Origin: Sphyrna mokarran
Lineage: Eukaryota
Direction: 5' to 3'
Length of the DNA stretch: 64,000 nucleotides
NCBI GenBank assembly: GCA_024679065.1
Contig: JAGIQG010000043.1
Coordinates: 1,178,001 to 1,242,000 of the forward strand
Positions within the stretch are counted from its first letter, which is position 1. Every line of letters begins with the position of its first letter. The notes under the pieces are model-generated. The model had not been told where the DNA came from. It searched no databases and saw nothing but the letters and a program-made list of their open reading frames with translations. The position numbers were made by a program, and so were the translations under genes. This document shows positions 1 through 13,080 of the stretch, piece by piece.

Positions 1-739
1 TCGGCGATGTGGGTTGGCCATGCTAAATTGCCCTTTAAAGGCCAAGGATGAGTAGGATAGGAGCATTTGCCATGCAAAATTACCCCTTATTTTCCACAAA
101 TGTGCGGGTTAGGGGGATTGGCCAAACAAAATCGCGCTTTCGTGTCCAAAGATACGCAGGTAATGTCGATTGGACATGCTCAACTATTCCCAATATCAGC
201 GAGATTAGTTGGATAAATATACCCATTTGAGATTATTGATGGTGATTGTTCAATGGATCGAATATCCTATTCCTCTACTGGAGGCATTTGATGATTCGCT
301 TTATATCATTTTCATTAATTGTTATTGATTAATACACAACATTTTCCCCTTCGTTAATATTTGTTTTGTTTCATATTAAATGTGCATGCCAAACTGCATA
401 ATCACATCACCGCAGAGCACAGTTGGAGACCATTCCGCCACCAGTAACTCTGCTGCACCTTTGATAGATTTATCTAATTAGTTCTAGCTCCGACTTTTCT
501 TGTTTCCCCCATATCTCTGCAATTTTTGTTCATGACACATTTTTGATCCAAATCTGCTCTTTGATCTGCTTACACCTCCCGTTTTAACAACGGTTTCATT
601 TGGCAATAATATGTTACTTGTCCCGATTTACTTCAAACTGCTTCTCTCTGATCACAGACCCACAATTAAAATAGTATCTCCATATTTACAACATACAAAT
701 CCGTATGCACTCTACCTTAATTTGGCAAGGATATCTCAC

Positions 740-782
740 CCTGGAAGAGATGGAACAATACACAAACGCCAAACAAACGCAT
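740..782 (-). CDS. Leader (signal peptide) exon of a gene-B paralogue (B'); rest of the gene lies off the left edge
   Basis: ATG at 782 gives MRLFGVCVLFHLFQ-G|gtgaga, a 43-bp phase-1 exon. Same length and donor as the gene B leader MSFLGICALFHLFQ (42806-42848). Upstream flank 783-1340 aligns with 42849-43420. Confidence 0.8.
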
Positions 783-1559
783 TGTCCTTGACCCGATCGG
801 TGGGAGTGTGAATCTCAATCCGAATCTCACTGCGAAATTGCTCTTGTCCTCTCTGTGAAGGAGGTGTGAAATATGCAGTGTGAATGCTGTGCTCTGTGCT
901 TATTAATACATACACAATTGGTTTTGGAAAATAAAACTGATGTAGAAAGTTCTCTGTGGTTTTCCTGTTTACTACAGGCCCAAGTGTGGCAACGCACTGA
1001 GCACATTTTCCAAAATACCTACCCATATCAGGTGGACCAGAGTTTGAAAACAGAGCACGGAGGCTCTTAATCTGATAATGATAAAGATGTCAATGGAACA
1101 GTGTTCTAAATACTTCACAAGATTGACAGCAGAATTGATAGGCCCTAACTATCTGACAGCATTGAATAGGCAGGAGCTCTTCTCTCTAAAACAAATGACT
1201 ACTGAGGATTGTAAGGAAAGAGACAATTACGAATACAGAAATGTTTAAAATGCTGACGCAGGATTTCTAATGAATGGGTCAACAGTTTAAGCTAGTCACT
1301 AGTAAATTAAATAGGAAATTCGAGACACTCGGGAGAATTTGATTGGATTTGATTCGAATTGATGCAATCGATTATTGCCACAGTTAATATGTATTCTTGG
1401 CGCACAGTGAAAAGTATCATTTCACGCGCTATACAGACAAATCATACCGTTCATGATGTGCATAGATTTGATTCAATACTTTTACATGTATTGATATGCA
1501 ATGAAAAGTATTGTTTTTTTTTTGTGTGCTACAGTGACAAAGCATACCGAACATAGAGT

Positions 1560-1860
1560 ACATGGGGAGATGGAAAGTTGTAGGAGTTTGCACATTCTCC
1601 CTGTGCTTGCGTGGGTTTTCTCCGGGTGCTCCAGTTCCCTCCCATACCCCAAAACTTGCTCTTAGATTGATTGGTGTTAACAAATTGTCCCTAAATTACT
1701 CTTCCTTGAATCTGGTTATGGTTCCTTTATTGTGGAGTTCAAAAGACGTAGACAAAGGTCATAGGTAGAGGAGGGGACTCACAATGTTAAAATGGCGGCG
1801 CGGGCTTGTGGGGCCGAAGTGCCTGTTTCCGTGCTGTCTTGTTTTTTGTTTTTCTTTGTT
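1560..1860 (+). mobile_element. V-SINE/HE1-like SINE fragment
   Basis: Central motif ggagtttgcacattctccctgtg...gggttttctccgggtgctcc and CR1-like tail gggccgaa...cctgttt. Confidence 0.6.
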
Positions 1861-3029
1861 CTTTGAAAGGGGAGGGTGCAGATCATAACGCCACAGTCAC
1901 AATTAGGTTGCTGAGAAAGATCATACAAATATAAGGTCCGGCCATTCAAAAGTCCGATGGCGGCAGAGAAAGAGCTATTCTCGAGTCGCTTCTTACCTGT
2001 TCGTAGACTTTACCTTTTTTTTTAACCCGGCAAACCAAAGTGAACAAAAAGTGGAAGTGTGTAGAACACACTATGACAGGAAATATTTGAGATGAATAGC
2101 AGAAGGGAATGTAATGAATGAGTTGGAGAGAGGGAGCAGAGAGAAATGAATAGAAGAATAGTTGATGAGGTGATATGATGAGGAAATACGATGAGGCAAA
2201 GGTGGACAATAAAAACAGCACAGAGCAGATGGGCCGAATGATCCCAATTTGCGCTCTACATTTTATACAATTGTGTAACAAAAAATATGCATTGAAAGTT
2301 GTGCTGATCAAAAGCATTGAAGGGCTAACATGCAAGCAGTTAGCACTGCCTCTTTTCTTTGTATGGTCTTCAACTGGGCATATTTGTCATTGTTTCCGTA
2401 AGATGGTAAGCGTCCTGCTTCAGATAGAAACAATCCCGCCCACAGGATGTTTCATGGTTCTTTATAGTAATTGAAAAGTAGGCAGTCAAGTGGATAAAGT
2501 TGTTAAGAAGGCATATGGAGTCTTAGCTTTTATTGGTAGGGGGATTGAATTTAGGAGCCGCAGCATCATGTTGCAGCTTTACAAAACTCTAGTGCGGCCG
2601 CACTTGGAGTATTGTGTGCAGTTCTGGTCGCCACATTATAAGAAAGATGTGGAGGCATTGGAGAGGGTACAGAGGAGGTTTACCAGGAGGTTGCCTGGTA
2701 TGGAGGGCAGGTCCTATGAAGAGAGGTTGAAGGATTTGAGGTTGTTTTCGTTAGAAAGGAGGCGGCTAAGAGGGGATCTTATTGAAGCATATAAGATGAT
2801 TAGAGGTTTAGATAGGGTGGACAGTGATAGCCTTTTTCCTAGGATGGAGAAAGCTAGCACGAGGGGACACAGCTTTAAATTAAGGGGTATGAGTTATAGG
2901 ACGGATATCAGAGGTAGGTTCTTTACTCAAAGAACATAGAACATAGAAACATAGAACAATACAGCACAGAACAGGCCCTTCGGCCTTCGATGTTGTGCCG
3001 ACCAAAATAAAAAGCAATGCCCCTCCTAA

Positions 3030-5811
3030 CTAAACCATTCCCTTCCTATCCATATACTTATCAACTAACCTCTTAAACGCCACCAAACTTGGCGCATCTA
3101 CAACAGCTGCAGGCAGGGCATTCCACTCCCTAATCACTCTTTGAGTAAAGAACCTACCTCTGATATCCGTCCTATAACTCATACCCCTTAATTTAAAGCT
3201 GTGTCCCCTCGTGCTAGCTTTCTCCATCCTAGGAAAAAGGCTATCACTGTCCACCCTATCTAAACCTCTAATCATCTTATATGTTTCAATAAGATCCCCT
3301 CTTAGCCGCCTCCTTTCTAACGAAAACAACCTCAAATCCTTCAACCTCTCTTCATAAGACCTGCCCTCCATACCAGGCAACATCCTGGTAAACCTCCTCT
3401 GTACCCTCTCCAATGCCTCCACATCTTTCTTATAATGTGGGCACCAGAACTGCACACAATACTCCAAGTGCGGCCGCACTAGAGTTTTGTACAGTTGCAA
3501 CATGATGCTGCGGCTCCTAAATTCAATCCCCCTACCAATAAAAGCTAAGACTCCATATGCCTTCTTAACAACTTTATCCACTTGACTGCCTACTTTCAGG
3601 GATCTATTGACACATACACCAAGATCCTTCTGTTCCTCAACACTATTAAGAGCCCTACCATTAGCCCTATACTCTACACATTTATTGTTCCTGCCAAAGT
3701 GCATTACCTCACACTTTTCCACATTAAACTCCATTTGCCACCTCTCGGCCCAGCTCTGCAACTTGTCCAAGTCACTCTGTAAACTAAAACACCCCTCTTC
3801 ACTATCTACCACTCCACCAACTTTAGTATCATCTGCAAATTTACTGATCCATCCCTCAATACCCTCATCCAGATCATTTATAAAAATTACAAACAGCAGG
3901 GGCCCCAAAACAGACCCCTGAGGCACACCACTCGTCACCGAACTCCACGATGAATATCTCCCATCAACCACCACCCTCTGTCTTCTATCTGCCAGCCAAT
4001 TTCTAATCCAATTAGCTAAATCACCCTCTATTCCACACATCTGCATTTTCTGTAGAAGTCTTCCATGGGCCACCTTATCAAAAGCCTTACTAAAGTCCAT
4101 ATATACTACATCAACCGCCTTACCCCCATCCACCTCTCTGGTCACTTTCTCAAAAAACTCAATGAGGTTAGTAAGGCATGACCTACCCTTCACGAAACCA
4201 TGCTGACTATCCCCAATCAATTCATTTCTCTCTAAATAACTATAAATCCTATCCCTAATAATTCTCTCCAATACCTTGCCCACAACAGAAGTAAGACTCA
4301 CTGGCCTATAATTCCCAGGAAGGTCTCTCTTCCCCTTCTTAAACAATGGGACCACATTCGCCATCCTCCAGTCCTCCGGAACCACACCCGTAACCAACGA
4401 GGACCTGAAGATCAGAGCCAGAGGCTCTGCAATCTCCTCTCTTGCCTCCCAGAGAATCCTAGGGTAAATCCCGTCCGGCCCAGGGGACTTATCCAACTTC
4501 AAACCCTCGAGAATTTCTAACACATCCTCCCTATCTACTACAATACTCCCCAATTTGCAACCCTGTACCTCAGTGCTCTCCACAGCTACATTTCCAGCAC
4601 TCTGCGTGAATACCGAAGAGAAATATTTATTCAGTGCCTCGCCAATCTCTTCAGGCTCCACGCACAACTTCCCACTGCTATCTATGACTGGCCCTAATCT
4701 TGCCCTAACCAATCTTCTATTCTTAACATATCGAAAGAAAGCTTTAGGATTCTCCTTAATCCTATCAGCCAACATCTTCTCGTGTCCCCTCTTAGCTCTC
4801 CTCAATTCACTTTTTACCTCCTTCCTAGCTAATCTATAGCTATCCATTGCACTACCTGAGCCTTCAAGCCTCATCCTGACATAAGCCTCCTTTTTCTTCT
4901 TAACCAGCAAATCAACTCTTTTCGTACACCAAGGCTCTCTTACTCGTACCATTTCCTCCCTGCCTGACAGGGACATACTTATCAAGGACTCTCAGCAGCT
5001 GCTCCTTGAATAAGCACCACATTCCAGATGTTCCCAGTCCCTGTAGTTCCCTAGTCCAATCTACGCACCCTAATTCTCTCCTGATGGCCTCATAATTACC
5101 CTTCCCCCAGCTATAACTACAGCCCCCAGCTTCATGCCTATCCCTGTCCATCACTAAGGTGAACGTAACCGAATTGTGGTCACTATCACCAAAATGTTCA
5201 CTAACTTCCAAGCCTAACACCTGGTCTGGCTCATTGCCCAGCACCAAATCCAATGTAGCCTCACCTCTAGTTGGCCTATCTACATACTGAGTCAAAAAAC
5301 CTTCCTGCACACTCTGTACGAAAACTGACCCCTCTAACGAGCTAGAGCTATAGCTATTCCAATCAATATTAGCAAAGTTAAAGTCCCCCATCACAATTAC
5401 CCTACTACTTTCACTCCTAATCAGAATTGACTTCGCAATCCTTTCCTCAACCTCTCTAGAACTATTAGGAGGTCTGTAAAAGACTCCCAACAGGGTGACC
5501 TCTCCTCTCCTGTTTCTAATCTCAGCCCATACTACCTCAACAGACAAGTCCTCATCAAACTTCTTTTCTATCACCGTGATACAGTCTTTGACCAATAACG
5601 CCACTCCTCCCCCCCTTCTACCTCCTTCTCTACTCCGACTAAAGCATTTGTACCCCGGAACCTGCAACATCCATTCCTGTCCCTGCTCTACCCAAGTCTC
5701 TGAAATGGCCACAACATCGAAGTTCCAGGTACTGGTCCAAGCTGCAAGTTCCTCCCCCTTATTGCGAATACTCCTTGCATTAAAGTATACGCATTTCAAA
5801 CCATGCCCCAC
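3030..5811 (-). CDS. CR1 ORF2: APE endonuclease plus reverse transcriptase, with one +1 frameshift near 4947
   Basis: Endonuclease motifs NARS, ISETW, GDFN, SDH and RT motifs GVPQGSVLGP, FADD. Removing one base at ~4947 restores GGNGRVREPWC, matching the spacing of GGCSRSREPWC in the older copy at ~55930. Confidence 0.9.
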
Positions 5812-5912
5812 CCCACCCGTACGCCGCTGTGTTTTACAACTCTCTTCTATAACCCCCTTACTCTCATCCCTCTCAGCACCCCAACTACTTAGGATCCCAC
5901 CCCCCCCCCGAA

Positions 5913-6836
5913 TCAGTTTAAAGCCCCCATCATAGCCTTAGCAAATTTTCCCCCCAAGATATTAGTCCCCCTCTGGTTCAGGTGTAGACCATCTCTCTTG
6001 AAGAGGTCCCACCTATCCCAGAATGAGTCCCAATTGTTAAGGAACCTGAACCCCTCCCTCCTGCACCATCCACGCAGCCATGAGTTCAAACTATCCCTTT
6101 CTCTGTTCATCTCTAAACTATCCCTTGGCACAGGCAAGAGTCCAGAGATAACCACTCTGCCTGTTATGGACCTAAGCTTCCACCCTAACTCCATAAATTT
6201 CTGTTTAATATCCCCTTCCCTTGTCCTACCTACATCATGTGTCCCCACATGAACAATGACTTGGGGCTGACTCCCCTCACCCTTAAGAATCCTAAAAACC
6301 CGATCTGCAACATCCTGGACCCCAGCCCCTGGGAGGCAACACACCAGCCCTGAGTCCTGTTTATTACTATTTACCCTCCTATCTGTCCCTCTAACTATGG
6401 AGTCTCCTATAACTAGGCCTAATCTCTTATTCCCCCCACCCACCTGAGCATTCTCAGCAGTCTCACCCCCAGAGACCTGCTCCCTTTGGTCAGCTCCAGT
6501 TGATTCTTCCTCAACTGTAGCCTCCAAGACAGAAAATTTATTTTGGAGGGGAACAGCCCCAGGGGATTGTCTCCCCGATTGCTTCTTACCCCTCCTCCTA
6601 ATAGTTACCCAATTATCACTTATAGGAGTTACAATCTCTTTGTTACTCCTGCCTATATCCTCCTCAACCTCTCGAATTACTCTGAGCTCCTCTAATTCCA
6701 GCTCCAGCTCCTTAACACGATCCTCAAGGAGCTGCAAATGTGCACACTTCCTGCAGGTATAATCAGCAGGAACACCACTGGTGTCCCTTACCTCATACAT
6801 ACCGCAGGAGGTGCAATGTACTACCTGCACTGCCAT
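5913..6836 (-). CDS. CR1 ORF1p (Zn finger, coiled coil, SGNH esterase-like domain)
   Basis: MAVQVVHCTSC...CRKC, followed by a LEDRVKELELELEEL zipper and GDSIVRG / HVGT / DGLHLN esterase blocks. Confidence 0.9.
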   Translation of the reverse strand: MAVQVVHCTSCGMYEVRDTSGVPADYTCRKCAHLQLLEDRVKELELELEELRVIREVEEDIGRSNKEIVTPISDNWVTIRRRGKKQSGRQSPGAVPLQNKFSVLEATVEEESTGADQREQVSGGETAENAQVGGGNKRLGLVIGDSIVRGTDRRVNSNKQDSGLVCCLPGAGVQDVADRVFRILKGEGSQPQVIVHVGTHDVGRTREGDIKQKFMELGWKLRSITGRVVISGLLPVPRDSLEMNRERDSLNSWLRGWCRREGFRFLNNWDSFWDRWDLFKRDGLHLNQRGTNILGGKFAKAMMGALN

Positions 6837-6980
6837 CACTGTTACTTTAATTTGCAGGAGAGAAAAAAAAAACCTACACACACACTATTATTATTAGGTT
6901 AGAGGAGGGGGGAGGGTGGGATACTCTACCTGTGTAGAGTATCGGGTTACCTCTCTGTAAGAATTTATAGAGTCAGAGAG

Positions 6981-8489
6981 AAAAACTACAACTACCGGCA
7001 GCCTCCTAGTGACGACTTCCGGTTACAAGTTAGTTTAAAATAAAAACGGCAAAAACTACTCCCGCTCGCTGTTTTAAACAAAGAGAAAAGTTAAAAAGCT
7101 ACTTATCAATCGAACTTCTCGCTCTCCCAAATCGCTGCCTCTCCGTGCTGCTCCAATGGAACAATGAGGCCGATACCCAGAGGTTAGTACTTATATAGCT
7201 TAAAAACTACAACTACCGGCAGCCTCCTAGTGACGACTTCCGGTTACAAGTTAGTTTAAAATAAAAACGGCAAAAACTACTCCCGCTCGCTGTTTTAAAC
7301 AAAGAGAAAAGTTAAAAAGCTACTTATCAATCGAACTTCTCGCTCTCCCAAATCGCTGCCTCTCCGTGCTGCTCCAATGGAACAATGAGGCCGATACCCA
7401 GAGGTTAGTACTTATATAGCTTAAAAACTACAACTACCGGCAGCCTCCTAGTGACGACTTCCGGTTACAAGTTAGTTTAAATAAAAACGGCAAAAACTAC
7501 TCCCGCTCGCTGTTTTAAACAAAGAGAAAAGTTAAAAAGCTACTTATCAATCGAACTTCTCGCTCTCCCAAATCGCTGCCTCTCCGTGCTGCTCCAATGG
7601 AACAATGAGGCCGATACCCAGAGGTTAGTACTTATATAGCTTAAAAACTACAACTACCGGCAGCCTCCTAGTGACGACTTCCGGTTACAAGTTAGTTTAA
7701 ATAAAAACGGCAAAAACTACTCCCGCTCGCTGTTTTAAACAAAGAGAAAAGTTAAAAAGCTACTTATCAATCGAACTTCTCGCTCTCCCAAATCGCTGCC
7801 TCTCCGTGCTGCTCCAATGGAACAATGAGGCCGATACCCAGAGGTTAGTACTTATATAGCTTAAAAACTACAACTACCGGCAGCCTCCTAGTGACGACTT
7901 CCGGTTACAAGTTAGTTTAAAATAAAAACGGCAAAAACTACTCCCGCTCGCTGTTTTAAACAAAGAGAAAAGTTAAAAAGCTACTTATCAATCGAACTTC
8001 TCGCTCTCCCAAATCGCTGCCTCTCCGTGCTGCTCCAATGGAACAATGAGGCCGATACCCAGAGGTTAGTACTTATATAGCTTAAAAACTACAACTACCG
8101 GCAGCCTCCTAGTGACGACTTCCGGTTACAAGTTAGTTTAAAATAAAAACGGCAAAAACTACTCCCGCTCGCTGTTTTAAACAAAGAGAAAAGTTAAAAA
8201 GCTACTTATCAATCGAACTTCTCGCTCTCCCAAATCGCTGCCTCTCCGTGCTGCTCCAATGGAACAATGAGGCCGATACCCAGAGGTTAGTACTTATATA
8301 GCTTAAAAACTACAACTACCGGCAGCCTCCTAGTGACGACTTCCGGTTACAAGTTAGTTTAAAATAAAAACGGCAAAAACTACTCCCGCTCGCTGTTTTA
8401 AACAAAGAGAAAAGTTAAAAAGCTACTTATCAATCGAACTTCTCGCTCTCCCAAATCGCTGCCTCTCCGTGCTGCTCCAATGGAACAAT
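6981..8489 (-). repeat. Tandem array of ~221-bp monomers (~6.8 near-identical copies) forming the CR1 5' UTR/promoter
   Basis: Unit starts aaaaactacaactaccggcag at ~6981, 7203, 7423, 7643, 7863, 8084 and 8305. On the minus strand the monomers carry CCGGAAGT, TATATAAG and TCATTGT. Confidence 0.95.
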
Positions 8490-10594
8490 CAAAGAGTGAT
8501 TAGGGAGTGGAAATGACCCTGCCTGCGCAGTTGAGATGCCGCCAAGTTTGGGGCGTTTAAGAGGTTAATTATAAGTATATGGAAGAGAAGGGAATGTTTT
8601 AGTTGGAGGGGCATTGCTTTTTATTTTGGTCGGCACAACATCAAAGGCCGAAGGGCCTGTTCTGTGCTGTAATGTTCTATGTTCTATGTTCTATGAAGCA
8701 TATTTGGAACGGCAGTGACGTTTGTACTTCTGTACTCAATAATAGACTTTCCAATACAACATCTTTGGAACAGAAATTTGCTAATGACTTGATAAGCTAA
8801 CTTTGAACTCTTATTTTTATTGAATTGTAGCACATGAGCGACGCTAGTTAGCCAGTATTTTAAGCCTATCCTTCGTTACTCTTGGAAGGCATTTGATAAT
8901 CAATTTGACAGGCATTTGAGAAACAAAGCTGCGCATTTGGAGCCGTATGTCAGGCGTTCCAGGTCAGGACGCCAGATTTCCTTCCTTAAAGGGCATTAAT
9001 AAACAAAACGAGTTTTCATTACGATCGAGATTGGTTTCATGGTCATCAGTAAAGTCTTAATTCCTGACTGTTTTTATTAGAACATGGAAAAAGTGCAACA
9101 CAGATGTAGGCCATTCCGCTCAGGCTGTTGTGCGGAACGTCACACCAAGTTAAACTAAACTTTTCTGTCTTCCCTTCTTCCACTTCCATCTATTCCGTGC
9201 ATATCGATGTTCTCATCGAAAAAAAAGCTCCATAAACACTCCAGTCGTATTTTCCTCTGCCACCAACCCTATCAGTGAGTTTCAGACACATACCACTGTG
9301 TAAAAAAAAACTTGCACCTCTCATCGCCATTGAAATTCCATGTCTAAGTGACCTGCACTCAACTATATATTTCAACTCTGGGGAAAATACTCGAGCTGTC
9401 AACACTATGTGAGCGTCTCAAAATTTTTATAGACTTCTATCAAGTCTCTCAGCAGCCTTCGCCAGTGCAAGTACACAATTTCTCCAGCCATCCCACCACA
9501 CCACCCCCCCCACCCCCGCTCCTCACTTACAGCTTCCATGTTCGAATGTGGGCAACATCCCAAATAAAATCTTCTGTACCCTTTCCAAAGCATTCACATC
9601 CTTCGTGAAATATGGCGATCAGAATTAAAGTCAATACTCCAAAAGCGGTCTAATCCAGTTTGAAATACTTGGAAATTCCAGTATCTGTCGAGGGAGGAAT
9701 CGGACATGGGCCACCAGAGTATTGATTAACATTTCTGGATCAAACTTCCAGCGAAAATACCGCGACACCATCAACTCCTCTTTGATAAGAGGTAAGTATT
9801 AGTCCAGAATCCTGTCTTTATTTTCTTCTGACAATTTCATTTTCCACATTTACATCTGCCTTCTGCTAAAGACAGCATCTCATCAATAGTGCAGCACTCC
9901 CTCGGCAATGCACGGATGTAACGACATGGATCAACTGCCAAAGTTTCAAGAATCGAATTGATAATTCGAAAGCCAGGGTGTTATGATTTAGAAACTCACA
10001 AACTAGAATAAGAGTAGATCATTCGGAACTTTGAAACTGCTTCGCCATTCATTTTGATTATTGGTCATTATCCTATTCAATATCCTTGTCCTCTCTTCCA
10101 ACTACCTGCCCCCCTCTTCCCACCTCTCTATTCTCCATATCACCTCCCCCCACCATATCCCTTGATTTATTTAACCCTAAGAGCAATGCCTAAATTAATC
10201 TTGAAAGTGGACTCCGGGAAAAGGGATTGAAAGTGATTTTGGTGTCTTGCACATCCAACAATTTCCATCACTCCAACATTCCTGATTTATAGTAAGCTGA
10301 CTCGGACCTCAGGTATTGGGCTCTCACCTTAAATCGCTCTGCCTCTATCCATGTTTAAAACAATCCTTAAACTTAACAGTTTATCAAAACGTTTTGCTTG
10401 AGCGTCCTAATCTAGGCAGCATTCCTGGTCAACTTCTCCTGCACTTTTTCCAAAGCATGCCACCCCTCCCTCCGCTTATAGTGCGGCGACCAGAATTGAA
10501 TGCCATACTCCGAATGCGGCCTAAACGAAGTTTCACACAGTCCAGCGAAAATACCATGAGACAACCGCCTCCTGTACATCCAGATAATTCTCCT

Positions 10595-11929
10595 GGAGAG
10601 AATTATTAGGGGTAGGATTTATAGCTATTTAGAGAGAAATGAATTGATTGGGGATAGTCAGCATGGTTTTGTGAAGGGTAGGTCGTGCCTTACCAACCTT
10701 ATTGAGTTTTTTGAAAAAGTGACCAAAGAGGTGGATGGGGGTAAGGCAGTTGATGTGGTATATATGGACTTTAGTAATACGTTCGATAAGGTGGCCCATG
10801 GAAGGCTTCTGCAGAAAATGCAGATCTATGGGATTGAGGATGATTTAGCTAATTGGATTAGGAATTGGCTAGCAGATAGAAGACAGAGGGTGGTGGTTGA
10901 TGGGAGATATTCATCGTAGAGTTCGGTGACAAGTGGTGTGCCTCAGGGGTCTGTTTTGGGGCCCTTGCTGTTTGTAATTTTTATAAACGATCTGGATGAG
11001 GGTATTGAAGGATGGATTAGTAAATTTGCGTATGACACCAAAGTCGGTGGAGTGGTAGATAGTGAAGAAGGGAGTTATAGTTTGCAGAGAGACTTGGACA
11101 AGTTGCAGAGCTGGGCCGAGAGGTGGCAAATGGAGTTTAATGTGGAAAAGTGTGAGGTAATGCACTGTGGCAGGAATAATAAATGTGTAGAGTATAGGGC
11201 TAATGGTAGGATTCTTAATGGTGTTGATGAACAGAGGGATCTTGGTGTATTTGTGCATAGATCCCTGAAAGTAGGCAGACAAGTCGATAATGTTGTTAAG
11301 AAGGCATACGGAGTCTTAGCTTTCATTGGTACGGGGATTGAATTTCGGAGCCACAACGTCGTGTTGCAACTGTACAAAACTCTAGTGCGGCCGCACTTGG
11401 AGTATTGTGTGCAGTTCTGGTCCCCACATTATAAGAAAGATGTGGAGCATTGGAGAGGGTACAGAGGAGGTTTACCAGGATGTTGCCTGGTATGGAGGGC
11501 AGGTCTTATGAAGAGAGGCAGAGGGATTTGAGGTTGTTTTCGTTAGAAAGAAGGCGGCTAAGAGGAGACCTTATTGAAACATATAAGATGATTAGAGGTT
11601 TAGATAGGGTGGACAGTGATAGCCTTTTTCCTAGGATGGAGAAAGCTAGCACGAGGGGACACAGCTTTAAATTAAGGGGTGATAGTCATAGGATGGATAT
11701 CAGAGGTAGGTTCTTTACCCAGAGGTTGGTTAGGGAGTGGAATGCCCTGCCTGCGGCAGTTGTAGATGCGCCAAGTTTGGTGGCGTTTAAGAGGTTAGTT
11801 GATAAGTTTGTGGAAGAGAAGGGAATGGTTTAGTATGGAGGGTCATTGCTTTTTATATTGGTCAGCGCAACATCGAAGGCCGAAGGGCCTGTTCTGCGCT
11901 GTAATGTTCTATGTTCTGTGTTCTATGTT
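10595..11929 (+). mobile_element. 5'-truncated CR1 (same family as 2934-8489), with stop and frameshift
   Basis: RT ORF fragments 10644-11833 and 3' tail. Confidence 0.93.
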
Positions 11930-12269
11930 CCTCTTTGATAAGATGTGAACATTAGACCAGAAACCGGTCTTTACGTTCTTCTGACATAATTTCATTTTCT
12001 ACTTTTATATCTGCCCCCTGCCACAATGCAGTGCTCCCTCAGCAATGCACGGATGTAACGACAGAACTTGCGAGATAAGGAACGAATCCGGATCCCAAGA
12101 ACATTAGCTAAATTTCGGGATTAAGGGTCCAGGAAATTATAACGAGGCCAATGTTTCCTACTTAACAGAGGTGAATATTAGTCAAAAATCTCATAACATT
12201 TAAACATTTTGAGTCAAGGTGCACCGGTACACTTTGGAGTGAGGGATCGGGAGGTGTGGGCATATGGAT

Positions 12270-13080
12270 GCAGATGCTTAATAATCTGGATGTACGTGAG
12301 GTCATCCACTTTGATAGCAAAAATAGGAAGGCAGAATATTATTGTATAGGTCTAACTTGACAGAAGTAGTTACTCAGCAAGACCTTGGTGTCCTCGGGAA
12401 TCAGTGGCAGAAAGTAAGTGCGTAAATAGAGCGGGAATTTAAAAAGGAAAATGGTATGCTGGCCTTCATAGCGACAGGATTTGAATATACGGATAAGGAT
12501 GTTTTGAGGCAATTGCATTGCGCGTTGGTATACCGCAGCTGGAGCATTTTGTGCACTTCTGATATCCTTGTCTGAGGAAAGATGTAGAGAGAGTACAGCA
12601 AAAGTTCACCAGGCTGATTCCTGAGATGGCATGTCTGTCACATGAGAAGATATGTTATATGGGATTATATTCACTGGAGTTGGGAAGACTGAAAAGGAAT
12701 CTCATGGAAACGTATCAATCTTTTAATGGGTTTGAGATGATGGGTGCAGAAAGGAATTTACCCATGGTAGGGGAGTCCAGAACTAGTGGTCATATTTTGA
12801 GGATAAATGTTTACCTAATAGTACTGAGGTGAGGAGAAATTTATTCATTCAGAGAGCGGTGAATGTGTCGAATTTACTACCACAGAAAAATAGTTGACGA
12901 CAAAACATTGTGTGATTTCTCGAAGAAATTAGATATAACTTTCAGTGCTTAAGGAAATAAAGGATATGGAGTTCAGGCGAATCAAGGCATGAATTTGATG
13001 ATTACCCATGACCAAAATAAATGGCAGACCGTGTTCGAAGGGCTGAATGGCCGACACTTACTTCTGTGTTCAATACTACT
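12270..13080 (+). mobile_element. Old degraded CR1 3' fragment, shared with the paralogous block at 46730-47510
   Basis: Degenerate RT C-terminal motifs (GLYSLE, RTSGH) and gggctgaatggcc tail. Confidence 0.7.

Larger units (their letters stand above)
2934..8489 (-). mobile_element. Full-length CR1-clade LINE (5' monomer array, ORF1, ORF2, 3' tail)
   Basis: ORF1, APE and RT domains present; (TTCTATG)n 3' tail at ~2934-2960; 7-bp TSD TCAAAGA at 2927-2933 and 8489-8495. Confidence 0.95.
2474..8693 (+). mobile_element. 5'-truncated young CR1 LINE (2474-2933 plus 8489-8693), split by a nested full-length CR1
   Basis: The RT C-terminus ORF (2490-2939) stops at GRFFTQR and resumes at 8489 (aaagagtgattaggg) through to the (TTCTATG)n tail. 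The flanks rejoin seamlessly in the paralogous copy at ~45407. Confidence 0.92.

Noticed and set aside
6981-8489. CRISPR array or satellite
   Set aside because: No unique spacers, vertebrate context, and the array lies inside the TSD-bounded CR1.
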